From: an uncultured bacterium
Lineage (GTDB): Bacteria; Zhuqueibacterota; QNDG01; DTFT01
NCBI GenBank assembly: GCA_963736115.1
Contig: CAVTNR010000028.1
Location: forward strand, 52,492-116,491
Length of the DNA: 64,000 nt
Reading direction: 5' to 3'
Part shown: positions 41,062 through 50,174 of the stretch, piece after piece
How the letters are laid out: every line of letters starts with the position of its first letter
Position numbering within the stretch: position 1 is the first letter of the stretch
The notes under the pieces: generated by a model
Told to the model about the DNA's origin: nothing
Databases searched by the model: none
The model's input: only the letters and a program-made list of their open reading frames with translations
Made by a program: the position numbers and the translations under genes

Positions 41062-42423
41062 TCAGCGCTCCTCCGTCCCCGGTTTGGGGCTCAGTACCAG
41101 CCGATACAGCCTTCCGTTCCGGAAAATCCCCAAATCGACGGGCGTTACCGCGTCCGGGTCGAACAGCTCGGTGAAATTCCGGTAGGCGTCCGCGCCGCGA
41201 ACCGGCTTCTGGTTGATAGTGATTATGACATCCCCCGGCCGCAGATCCGAACGTCCGGCCGGGCTTCCGGTCCGTATGCTTTCGATGCGGACCCCGTCAC
41301 GGCTGGAGATGCCGAGGCGCATGGCTTCGGCCGCGCTCAGCTCCCTGATTCCGATGCCGGTCCACGACTCGCGCTCCACGCGTCCGGCCGTCTTCAGGGC
41401 GGGCAGAATGGCCTTGACGCGGTGTATGGGAATCGCGAATCCGATGCCGATCGAGGTCTTTTCGTAATTACTGCCCGAAATGATGAAGGCGTTGATGCCG
41501 ATGCACTCGCCCAGGCTGTTGACGAGCGGGCCGCCGCTGTTTCCGCCGTTGATGGCCGCGTCCGTCTGGATCATGTCCCCGTACGAGCGGCCGGCGATGC
41601 GCAGTTCGCCCTTGAAATTCATGCCGATCGCGCTGACGACGCCGACGGTGACCGTCGGCTTGGAATTGACGTCGAACAGGCCGAACGGATTGCCCAGGGC
41701 GATCACCCATTCGCCGATGAGAATATCCCGCGAATCGCCCAGTGGAATAAACGGGAAACGGGTCCCCTTGATTTTGAGAAGGGCGACGTCGAACAGAAAA
41801 TCCGCTCCGACGCGCTCGGCCGTGTACTGCTTCCCGTCCGTGGTCGTCACGATGATTTCAGATGCGTCGTGGACCACGTGTTCGTTCGTGAGAACGTAGC
41901 CGTCCCGTGAAATCAGGAAACCGGACCCGAGCCCCTGAACCCGCTGGGTCATCTCGCGGGGTTCGAAAAACATGCGAAAAAACGGATCATCGAACGGCGA
42001 CGTCTCGACCCGCTGAATCTGGGTCACGTTGATGCCAACCACGGCAGGGCTGACATCCGCGACAGCCCGGGTGATGGCGCTTTGCCGCGACTGGCTGACC
42101 GCGTCGTTGAGGTCCGCCCGGGTCTGCGCGTAGACGGCCTGCCCGGCTGCGGGCGGAAGGGCCTGCGGTCCGGACTTCCGGCCGCAGGCGAGGACCATCA
42201 GGGCAGCCACAGTCAGGAAACTTTTAAATGAGCGAATATTGAAGCTCCCCGCCGCAAGCGGCGGGGAATCTTCTATCTGTAGAGAAGAGACATCTGATAT
42301 TCGCTCGCTTACCCCGCGGCCCCGCTTCGCGGGACCAATCGATTCTATGCCTTCTGGTTGAAGGCAAGCCGCGGGGAATGCGCTCGCTGACAGATTCATA
42401 CTGCTTTTCCGATAATCGTTCAT
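41062..42423 (-). CDS. HtrA/DegP-like serine protease with one PDZ domain, probable lipoprotein, with in-frame repeat insertion
   Basis: GSGF, TNEHVV, DVALLK, QTDAAINGGNSGGPL; lipobox VLAC after a 52-aa repeat-derived insert. Confidence 0.9.
   Translation of the reverse strand: MNDYRKSSMNLSASAFPAACLQPEGIESIGPAKRGRGVSERISDVSSLQIEDSPPLAAGSFNIRSFKSFLTVAALMVLACGRKSGPQALPPAAGQAVYAQTRADLNDAVSQSRQSAITRAVADVSPAVVGINVTQIQRVETSPFDDPFFRMFFEPREMTQRVQGLGSGFLISRDGYVLTNEHVVHDASEIIVTTTDGKQYTAERVGADFLFDVALLKIKGTRFPFIPLGDSRDILIGEWVIALGNPFGLFDVNSKPTVTVGVVSAIGMNFKGELRIAGRSYGDMIQTDAAINGGNSGGPLVNSLGECIGINAFIISGSNYEKTSIGIGFAIPIHRVKAILPALKTAGRVERESWTGIGIRELSAAEAMRLGISSRDGVRIESIRTGSPAGRSDLRPGDVIITINQKPVRGADAYRNFTELFDPDAVTPVDLGIFRNGRLYRLVLSPKPGTEER
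42239..42394 (-). mobile_element. Non-autonomous two-hairpin element, copy 2 (156 bp, one nested 45-bp cassette)
   Basis: Same ends and core as copies 1 and 3; inserted after ATGAA; 156 = 111 + 45. Confidence 0.87.
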
Positions 42424-42428
42424 GTGAC

Positions 42429-43160
42429 TCAGTATTCCACGCGGACCAGAAACAGGCCTTGCGGCGGAGCCGTGGGCCCGGCCTTTTCGCGGTCTCCGGA
42501 TTCCAGAACAGCGCGGAAATCGGCCGGCGTCAGTGCGCCCCTGCCCACCTCGACCAGCGTGCCGATGAGAATCCGGACCATGTGGTGAAAGAACCGCACG
42601 GCGGCGATCTCGAACTTCACCGTGTCCGCCTCCGCCTCCCACCGCACCGAATGCACTTCCGATTCGTACCGCTCCTCTTTCGGGTCCCGCTTGCAGAAAG
42701 CCGTCCAGCGGTGGAGCCCCTTCAGACATTCGGAGGCGGCCGCCATGGCCTCCACATTGAAACGGCATCGGGGATGCCAGGCGTACTGTCTTCCCACGGC
42801 CAGTGGCGCACGCGAGAGCACGTACCGGTAAACGCGGCGGCTGGCGCGCCGCCTCGCGTCGAAACCGTCCTCCGCCGTTTCCACGGACCGGACGCGGATG
42901 TCAGCCGGCAGCATGGCGTTCAGGGCGCGTTGTACCGTTTCCAGAGGGTACTTGTCCTCAGCCCTGCAGCTCGCCACCTGTCCGAGCGCGTGCACGCCGG
43001 CGTCCGTCCTACCGGCGCCGGTGACGGGCACCGGACCGCCGAACAGGCGCCCCAGCGCCGCTTCCAATTCCGCCTGCACGGTGCGGTCTCCGGGCTGACG
43101 CTGCCAGCCGTGAAAATCCGACCCGTCGTATTCGAGCACCAGTTTATAGGTGCGGTTCAA
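42429..43160 (-). CDS. truA: tRNA pseudouridine38-40 synthase
   Basis: YDGSDFHGWQRQ, GAGRTDAGVHA, HMVR, TAPPQGL. Confidence 0.96.
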   Translation of the reverse strand: MNRTYKLVLEYDGSDFHGWQRQPGDRTVQAELEAALGRLFGGPVPVTGAGRTDAGVHALGQVASCRAEDKYPLETVQRALNAMLPADIRVRSVETAEDGFDARRRASRRVYRYVLSRAPLAVGRQYAWHPRCRFNVEAMAAASECLKGLHRWTAFCKRDPKEERYESEVHSVRWEAEADTVKFEIAAVRFFHHMVRILIGTLVEVGRGALTPADFRAVLESGDREKAGPTAPPQGLFLVRVEY

Positions 43161-43163
43161 GCC

Positions 43164-43997
43164 TCATCCCGCGGAGAAAAAAGACGGTCGCACGAGAAGC
43201 GCGTCCGCGGTGAGAGTAGCGGCCGCGATACAGAACGCTGCAGCGAGCGCCATCCGGTCAGGCCGCCTGAAAGCCAGCGGCCGGAACTGGGTGCGGCCGT
43301 CTCCGCCCTGATAGCACCGCGCATCCATGGCCATGGCCAGATCCCCGGCCTTCCTGAAACTGGACACAAAAAGCGGTATGACGACCGGGAAAACGCCGCG
43401 TATCCGGGTCTGAAGCGAACCGCCGGTCCGGGCTCCCCTGGACAACTGGGCCTTGCGGATGCGGTCGGCCTCGTCGATCAGAAGCGGTATGAACCGGATG
43501 GAGATCGAGATCATCAGCGCGATTTCGTGGGCCGGGATTCCGAAGCGCCGGAAAGGCTTCAGGAATCTTTCAATTGCATCCGTCAATTCCATCGGAGAAG
43601 CGGTGAGGGTCAGGCCGTTCGCGAAAATCAGGAGCACGGCGATGCGGAGAGAATAGAAAAGTCCGTGCGCCAATCCCTCGCGGGTCATGGTCCCGATTCC
43701 GCCCGGAAGCCGGAGCCACGCGGTCCCTTCGGTCGTGAATGCGTGTATCAGCAAAGTCAGGCCGAAAAGCCAGAGGAAGGACCGGATGTTCCGGAAAGCG
43801 ATAGCCGGAGAGAGCCCGGCCAGCCGGAAAACCGCGAGGCCTGCCAGTCCGAAACAACTCAGAACCAGGCCGTTACGCAGCAGCAGGCAGAGCGTCATGG
43901 CCGTTCCGAAAAGCAGAATTTTGGAACGCGGATCCAGGCTGTGAACCGGTGAATTCCGGGGCGCGTATTGTCCCAGAGTGATGTCCCGCAGGGCCAT
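43164..43997 (-). CDS. ecfT: ECF transporter transmembrane component T
   Basis: GQY...HSLDPRSK, RFIPLL, AQLSRG and AMDARCY motifs. Confidence 0.9.
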   Translation of the reverse strand: MALRDITLGQYAPRNSPVHSLDPRSKILLFGTAMTLCLLLRNGLVLSCFGLAGLAVFRLAGLSPAIAFRNIRSFLWLFGLTLLIHAFTTEGTAWLRLPGGIGTMTREGLAHGLFYSLRIAVLLIFANGLTLTASPMELTDAIERFLKPFRRFGIPAHEIALMISISIRFIPLLIDEADRIRKAQLSRGARTGGSLQTRIRGVFPVVIPLFVSSFRKAGDLAMAMDARCYQGGDGRTQFRPLAFRRPDRMALAAAFCIAAATLTADALLVRPSFFSAG

Positions 43998-44044
43998 GAG
44001 GGGCGCTTTTTCCTTAAATGACAGTTTTCGTGAAAGTTAACCTA

Positions 44045-44134
44045 ATAATATACGATTTTTTAATAGAAAGTCAACCGGATAATCCGGCCTGAAACGAGAA
44101 AACCCTTGACTTTTATAGGTTTTCCCGTTATGTT
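44045..44134. promoter_or_regulatory. Divergent sigma70-like promoters (ecfT / OPT)
   Basis: Plus strand TTGACT-17-TATGTT (44106-44134); minus strand TTGACT at 44074-44069 followed by TATATT/TATTAT; AT-rich gap. Confidence 0.6.
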
Positions 44135-44197
44135 AAAACGATTTTTCCCCCTTCCGAAACCCGTTTTTCACCCCCTGAACAGCGAGGAGAAGGCCCC

Positions 44198-46219
44198 ATG
44201 AAGGCGAAACCATCCGCACCCAAAACATCGCGACCCTTCGTACCGGAATCCTCCAAAATGCGCGAATTCTCTCTCCGTTCCATACTGATCGGCGTGGGTT
44301 TGGCCATGCTTCTGGGATCCGCGAACGCGTATCTCGGACTCAAGGCCGGAATGACGGTGGCCGCGACGTTTCCGGCCGCGGTCATCTCCATGTTCGCTCT
44401 GCGGCTCTTCCGCAACAAGGGAACGATTCTCGAGGAGAATCTCGCCAGAACCACGGGGGCCGTCGGCGAGGCGCTCGCGGCAGGCGCCATTTTCACCATA
44501 CCCGCGTTCGTCATATCCGGCGTGTGGGACAGCTTCAGCTACACCAAGAGCACTCTCCTCATGCTCGCGGGCGGCGTGCTGGGCGTACTGCTCGTGATCA
44601 TTCTCCGCAAAACCATGATCCGCGACACGTCCCTGCCCTATCCGGAGAGCAAGGCCTGCGCGGAAATCGTCAAGGCCGGACAGGGCGGCCAGACCGGCGC
44701 CGCCTACGTGTTCAGCTCCCTCGGCGTGGCCGCGCTCATTGAATTCTTCCGGAACGACAACGGCCTCAAGCTCATCCGGGACATGCTGACCTCCTTCATC
44801 CGTTTCCCGGCCTCCAAGATCAGCCTGCTGGATTCGAAAAGCCGCATTCTCCAGTCCGCGGACGCAACCAAGGCGGAATTCGGATACACCGGCGGCATGC
44901 TGCTCCAGTCTCCGGCCGCGTCTCCGGCTTTCCTGGGCGTCGGATACATCATCGGATTCCGGCTGGCGGCCATCAATTTCTCCGGCGGCGTTTTCGGATG
45001 GCTCTTCCTGATGCCCGTGGTACTGCTCATCATGGGAGGCGATCTTCAGCCTTTCGCGGATGTCGCGGGATGGACCGCGGTCGCGAAAGCCGCCTACAAC
45101 GCCACGGTCAAGCCGATCGCCGTGGGGGGCATGCTCGTGGGCGCGTTCTATACGCTCTTCAAAATGCGCAAGAACCTCGCAAGCGGCCTGAAGCATGGCA
45201 TTCAGGACATTCTCAAGGCGGGTAAGGGCGGGGAAAAGACATCGCGTATCGACAAGGATCTTCCGTTCGGCCTGGTTCTGATTTCCGTGGGCGTCCTGAT
45301 TTTCTGCATGGTCCTGCTCTACCAGAGCTTCAGCCACAACTGGGGATCCGCGGCCCTGGCCGCGATCGTCATGGGCTTCGCGGGATTCATGTTCGCGGCC
45401 GTGGCCGGCTACCTGGTCGGCATCATCGGCAGTTCCTCGAACCCCATCTCGGGCCTGACCCTGTCGACGCTCCTGATCGCCGCCCTGCTGATGGTGATGG
45501 TCGGGATGAAGGGCGATCCCGGCGTGGCCGCGGTTCTCGGCATCGCGTCCGTGGTCTGCTGTGTGGCCGGCGTGGCCGGCGACATGCTGCAGGACTGGAA
45601 GGTCGGGTACATGCTCGGCGGAACGCCCTGGAAAATGCAGGTCGGCGGCCTGATCGGCGTGGTCGCGGCCGCGCTGGTCATGGTGCTCCCGATCATGCTG
45701 CTCCACAAGGCGAACGGCATCGGCAGCGAGGCTCTGCCCGCGCCCCAGGCCGGGCTCATGTCCATGATGGCCAAGGGCATCGTCGGCGGTGAAATGGCCT
45801 GGCCCCTGATCATCGCGGGCATGCTGTTCGCGACCGCGATGATACTCATCAATTCCCCCTCCCCCATGCTCATTTCCGTGGGCATGTATCTGCCGTTCAA
45901 CACCACGGCCGCGATTTTCATCGGCGGTCTGTTCAAGTACCTCACCGACACGCTCGCGAAAAAACGCATCCGCAGCGATAAGGACCGCGAGACCGTGGAC
46001 AACACGGGACTCCTGGTCGCGTCCGGGCTGATCGCCGGAGAGGCGCTTGTCGGCATTCTGCTTGCCGCATTTGTCGTCCTCAACATCAAGCTCGGCATCT
46101 CGGAGTCGTTCCAGGGTTTCTGGTGGCTGGGCCTGCTGGTATTCGGCCTGCTGGGCGTCCTGATGATCGGCGCGCCGCTACGCGCGCTGAAATCCGGATC
46201 AGCCGGCAGAAAGCGGTAA
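44198..46219 (+). CDS. OPT-family oligopeptide transporter
   Basis: NAYLGLKAGMT, AGAIFTIPA, LPYPE, GSSSNPISG, LPAPQA. Confidence 0.94.
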   Translation: MKAKPSAPKTSRPFVPESSKMREFSLRSILIGVGLAMLLGSANAYLGLKAGMTVAATFPAAVISMFALRLFRNKGTILEENLARTTGAVGEALAAGAIFTIPAFVISGVWDSFSYTKSTLLMLAGGVLGVLLVIILRKTMIRDTSLPYPESKACAEIVKAGQGGQTGAAYVFSSLGVAALIEFFRNDNGLKLIRDMLTSFIRFPASKISLLDSKSRILQSADATKAEFGYTGGMLLQSPAASPAFLGVGYIIGFRLAAINFSGGVFGWLFLMPVVLLIMGGDLQPFADVAGWTAVAKAAYNATVKPIAVGGMLVGAFYTLFKMRKNLASGLKHGIQDILKAGKGGEKTSRIDKDLPFGLVLISVGVLIFCMVLLYQSFSHNWGSAALAAIVMGFAGFMFAAVAGYLVGIIGSSSNPISGLTLSTLLIAALLMVMVGMKGDPGVAAVLGIASVVCCVAGVAGDMLQDWKVGYMLGGTPWKMQVGGLIGVVAAALVMVLPIMLLHKANGIGSEALPAPQAGLMSMMAKGIVGGEMAWPLIIAGMLFATAMILINSPSPMLISVGMYLPFNTTAAIFIGGLFKYLTDTLAKKRIRSDKDRETVDNTGLLVASGLIAGEALVGILLAAFVVLNIKLGISESFQGFWWLGLLVFGLLGVLMIGAPLRALKSGSAGRKR

Positions 46220-46281
46220 AAGCGGAACACGGACGGGCTCACGGCCCGGCGGCCGGCCGCCGGGCCATCAGGGGTGAATCG

Positions 46282-47235
46282 ATGGTGTCGCTGAAGAATG
46301 CGGTGTGGTCCGCGATACGGGACTGCCTCTCTGTTTCGCGGGATGAACGCGTGCTGGTGCTCTGCGACGAAACGCGCGCGGAACTGGCCCGGGCTTTCCA
46401 CGAGGCGCTCCGGACCTCGACGACCGGGACCTGCCTGCTGACATTGCCTCCGGACCCGGAAACCTACGCTGAATCATCCAAGGGCCTGATCGCCCTGATG
46501 TCCGAGTTCGACGCGGTGATCCTGCTGACGCGGCGGTCCTGGCTCCACACCGATGCGAGGCGGCAGGCCAGCCGGCACGGCACCCGCTTTCTCTGCCTCC
46601 CGGGCGCGACTCCGGAAGCCCTTTGCCGCACGATGACCGGCAAGTACACCGCCATTGTCGAGAAGAGCCGTAAAATCGCGGACATCTTCACCATCGGAAA
46701 ACAGGGCGTCCTGACCACGCCCGCCGGGACCTCGCTTCAGTTCTCCATCGCGCGCATGCGGGGCCTGGCGGACACGGGAATCGCAGCTGAGCCCGGGTCG
46801 GTCGCATGCGCGCCCGGAGGCGAGGGCAGTGTGTCCCCGATTCCGGAAAGCGTCAACGGGCATGTCGTGATCGACGGATCGTTCCCGGACATCGGCCCGC
46901 TGACCCGTCCCATGTGCGTGACGGTACGGGCAGGATGCGTGCAGAGAATCTCGGGCGGCAAGGAAGCGGACAAGTTGAAAATGCTCATGCGCAAGCAGGG
47001 CAAACCCGGCCGCACGGTTGCGGAGATCGGCGTGGGCACGAATCCGTATGCCGTTCTGACCGGGGTCACACTGGAGGATGAAAAAGTGCTGGGCACCGCG
47101 CATGTGGCGTTCGGGGACAGCCAGACCTTCGACGGAAAGACCGCGGCGGCCTTTCACCTCGACGGCATTCTGCTGAAGCCCACGCTCGACGTGGACGGCA
47201 AGCGTATCGTGGAGAACGGGGTGATTAACGTATAA
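46282..47235 (+). CDS. Aminopeptidase (M29 / thermophilic leucyl aminopeptidase-like)
   Basis: TPAGTSL, AEIGVGTNP, EDEKVLGTAHVAFGD, HLD. Confidence 0.8.
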   Translation: MVSLKNAVWSAIRDCLSVSRDERVLVLCDETRAELARAFHEALRTSTTGTCLLTLPPDPETYAESSKGLIALMSEFDAVILLTRRSWLHTDARRQASRHGTRFLCLPGATPEALCRTMTGKYTAIVEKSRKIADIFTIGKQGVLTTPAGTSLQFSIARMRGLADTGIAAEPGSVACAPGGEGSVSPIPESVNGHVVIDGSFPDIGPLTRPMCVTVRAGCVQRISGGKEADKLKMLMRKQGKPGRTVAEIGVGTNPYAVLTGVTLEDEKVLGTAHVAFGDSQTFDGKTAAAFHLDGILLKPTLDVDGKRIVENGVINV

Positions 47236-47262
47236 CGGAGTTGATCTATTTCGATTTTCGTA

Positions 47263-47289
47263 GGGTGGGCCGCAGGCCCACCTTTTTTT
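47263..47289 (+). terminator. Intrinsic terminator
   Basis: GGTGGGCC-gca-GGCCCACC followed by a T7 run. Confidence 0.75.
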
Positions 47290-47327
47290 ATTCCCAACGG
47301 CAACAACCCGAAGGCCTTGAGCCCACA

Positions 47328-48614
47328 TTACAAAACCAGATCATCCAGAATCCCCGCCAGCCTCTCCGTCTGCCGTTCGCGGCTGAACTGTTCCGTCCAG
47401 GTGTCCGTCCGATATCCCCCGGTGCGTTTCCCCTTTCCCATCTTCCACTCATGGAACAGCCGGATCAGGCCGGATGCGATACCTTCCGTATCCCCCGGAC
47501 GGAAGACGAGCCCTCTCCCGCTTCTTTCGATGATCCCGGCAGCTTCGCCTGAGGGGAGAACCCCGAGTATGGGAAGACCGGAAGCGAGATATTCATACAG
47601 CTTTCCCGGAATGACGCCCGCACCCGAATCCGAAGGAAGAACCAACAGGAGCGCATCCGAACGGGACAGATACTTCAGGCTTTCCGCGTGCTGGACGTAT
47701 CCAGTCTGTTTCACGAGTCCTTCCAATCCATAACCGCGAATCATGCCGTTCAGATCCACGTCCGAAACCGATCCCACGAAGCGGATTTCCAGTACTTTCC
47801 GCAATGCGGGTTCCCTGAATATCGCCTTGCCCGCGCCCGCGAGAAGAGCGTCGGGAGGTTGAACGGAATTGACCGTGCCGCTGTACGTGATGCGGAACCG
47901 GTCCGATCTTTCGTGCCTGAAATCCCGGAAATCCTCGGGATCGAATCCGTTCGGATTCCAGATGAAATCCGCTTCCTTCCTGCGGCTCAGGGACCGCATG
48001 TCCTCGAGCACTCGGGATGAGACTCCGGTGATACGGTCCGCATGTTTGAGTACGAGACGAAGCAGAAATACATTCATTCCCCGGTGGGCCGGAGTGGGAA
48101 CCCGGTCGAAGTTCTCCCGGATCCAACTGTCCCTGAAATCCGCGACCCAGGGTATTTTGAGCCGACGCTTCAGCAGGAATCCTGCCAGATGGCTGGAATG
48201 CGGAGGCGAAGTCGTGAATACAGCCTCTATCCTGTTTTTTTCAGCCGCGTGGTTGCCCGCTCGTACCGCGAAAGGCACCCATCCGATTTTTGAATCCGGA
48301 ACGAAAATCCACGGCAGAACGGCACGGTTGATTGCGCGGGTCGCGTTGCCGGCCGAACCGGTGCCTGCTTTTAACGAACCCCGGGCGAGAAAAGCCAGGC
48401 GCAGCGGATCGAGGGATCCTGTCCGTATCACCCGTGCTTTTTCAATGTCCTTTTCCAACGACCGGTCATGACCGTGATACCGCACGTCCTTTATGGTCAA
48501 AACGATCGGGTGCCATCCAAACCCAGGCAGGTATTTGACAAACTTGACTGACCGCTGAACACCGCCCATGCCCATGGGCGGGAAATAATAGGAGAGGAAA
48601 AGGAGGTTGCGCAT
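47328..48614 (-). CDS. GT4-like glycosyltransferase
   Basis: YYFPPMGMGGVQR, TTSPPHS, ADFRDSW, PGKLYEYLASG. Confidence 0.88.
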   Translation of the reverse strand: MRNLLFLSYYFPPMGMGGVQRSVKFVKYLPGFGWHPIVLTIKDVRYHGHDRSLEKDIEKARVIRTGSLDPLRLAFLARGSLKAGTGSAGNATRAINRAVLPWIFVPDSKIGWVPFAVRAGNHAAEKNRIEAVFTTSPPHSSHLAGFLLKRRLKIPWVADFRDSWIRENFDRVPTPAHRGMNVFLLRLVLKHADRITGVSSRVLEDMRSLSRRKEADFIWNPNGFDPEDFRDFRHERSDRFRITYSGTVNSVQPPDALLAGAGKAIFREPALRKVLEIRFVGSVSDVDLNGMIRGYGLEGLVKQTGYVQHAESLKYLSRSDALLLVLPSDSGAGVIPGKLYEYLASGLPILGVLPSGEAAGIIERSGRGLVFRPGDTEGIASGLIRLFHEWKMGKGKRTGGYRTDTWTEQFSRERQTERLAGILDDLVL

Positions 48615-48668
48615 GGGGCGTGTCCGGGTTAATGAACTTAATTCACAAGGTTCCAATTGAACAATCCG

Positions 48669-50129
48669 TCATCCCTTCAATCGCTGCATCCACCTCCCGA
48701 AAGTCCGGATTTCACCCTGTTTGAAGAACCGGACAGCCAGAAGCATAGGCAGAGCGGCAAATAGAAGGCACACTCTCAGCCAGACTGAATGTCCGGCAGG
48801 CGTGAAGGTTCCCAGTATGTAGAGGAATGCCGTAATTGCGGCGATTTTTAGAATGCGGCCCCATTCATAAGGTATCGGATACAGTTTGCGGTTGACAGCC
48901 CACAACAGGCAGGCCATCACCGCGTAAGCCAGAGTGATGGACCAGGCCGCTCCATAAATGCCGAACAGGGGAATTAAAAGGATATTGCCTGCGACAGCGA
49001 CCAAAGCGCCTGTGCCTGTAATGAAAGGAAGCCATGCGGTCTTCTTCTTCAGGTATACGCCCACGATAAAGTTGGCGTACGCGCCGTAAAACACGTAGGC
49101 AAGCAAGATAGGCGGAACGATCGACAAGCCCGATTCGAACTCAGTCCCGATCAGTCTGAAGCCGAATAGCGAAATTCCCCCGATTTCCCTTATAAATAGA
49201 GAGAATAACAGGAAGAGAAATCCGGTCACAGCCGCGAAATAGGTCAGCACCCGACCGAACACAGCAGGCGCATCCTCCTGTTTCGCGGTTGAGAGGAAAA
49301 AGGGATGCCAGGCGAAACGGAAAGCAGCCACGACCAAAGACATGAACATGCCGAACTTGGCGCCCGCGCTGAACAGCCCGTTCGCCTCAGGACCGATCAT
49401 TCTGTCCACAAAGAACCGGCTGATCTGGTCCATGACCACTACGGCCAAAGTGGACGGAATATAGGGAATGCCGAAACGCATCAGTTCCGCGAGCACGGGT
49501 TTGGAGAAAACCGGCCTCAGCCAGCGGATGAACAGCCGGGCCGTTGAAATGAGGGTCAGAACCGAAGCAATCAGATTCGCCCAGAAAATACCCTCGATGC
49601 CCATACCCATTCGGACCACGAACACAATATTGAGGACCAGAGTGGCAACGATGTTGAACGAGTTCTGGAGCACGAATTCCAGGGGCTTTTCCTCAGCCCG
49701 CAGGGTCAGGAAAGGCAGCAGCCGGAGCGCGTCCGCGAGGCAAATGCCTGCGGAAAGCCGGATCAGGGTCGCGAAGCGATCCGAGCGGAACACGATGCCG
49801 GAGAAAAAGCCGGGATTCAGGAGGAGTATGCAGGAGAAAATCACGCCTGTGATGAAAATCATCCAGAACGCGGTGCTGAACACCCGCTCCTTCTCCCTGC
49901 GGTCCGCGCCGAGAATGAAGAAGCGGAGAAAGGCCACGTCCAGGCCGTAACTGAACAGCACCTGCAGTATGGCCAGAGTGGAGAAAAGGAGGGTGGCGCG
50001 GCCGTACTGGTCCGGCGGAAGGCAGTTCGTGTGTATGGGCAGAAGCAGAAAACTGATGGACCGGCTCACGATGTGGCCGATACCGTAAACCGCGGAATGA
50101 CGCGTGAGACGCTTGATGGATTGAAGCAT
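48669..50129 (-). CDS. Wzx-like oligosaccharide flippase
   Basis: KRLTRHSAVYG N-terminus, about 14 TMs, LLIPLFGIYGAAW. Confidence 0.88.
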   Translation of the reverse strand: MLQSIKRLTRHSAVYGIGHIVSRSISFLLLPIHTNCLPPDQYGRATLLFSTLAILQVLFSYGLDVAFLRFFILGADRREKERVFSTAFWMIFITGVIFSCILLLNPGFFSGIVFRSDRFATLIRLSAGICLADALRLLPFLTLRAEEKPLEFVLQNSFNIVATLVLNIVFVVRMGMGIEGIFWANLIASVLTLISTARLFIRWLRPVFSKPVLAELMRFGIPYIPSTLAVVVMDQISRFFVDRMIGPEANGLFSAGAKFGMFMSLVVAAFRFAWHPFFLSTAKQEDAPAVFGRVLTYFAAVTGFLFLLFSLFIREIGGISLFGFRLIGTEFESGLSIVPPILLAYVFYGAYANFIVGVYLKKKTAWLPFITGTGALVAVAGNILLIPLFGIYGAAWSITLAYAVMACLLWAVNRKLYPIPYEWGRILKIAAITAFLYILGTFTPAGHSVWLRVCLLFAALPMLLAVRFFKQGEIRTFGRWMQRLKG

Positions 50130-50174
50130 TTATTGAGAGTTCCTATATGGACGGGCCCGGTGCGGGTCGCCGCT

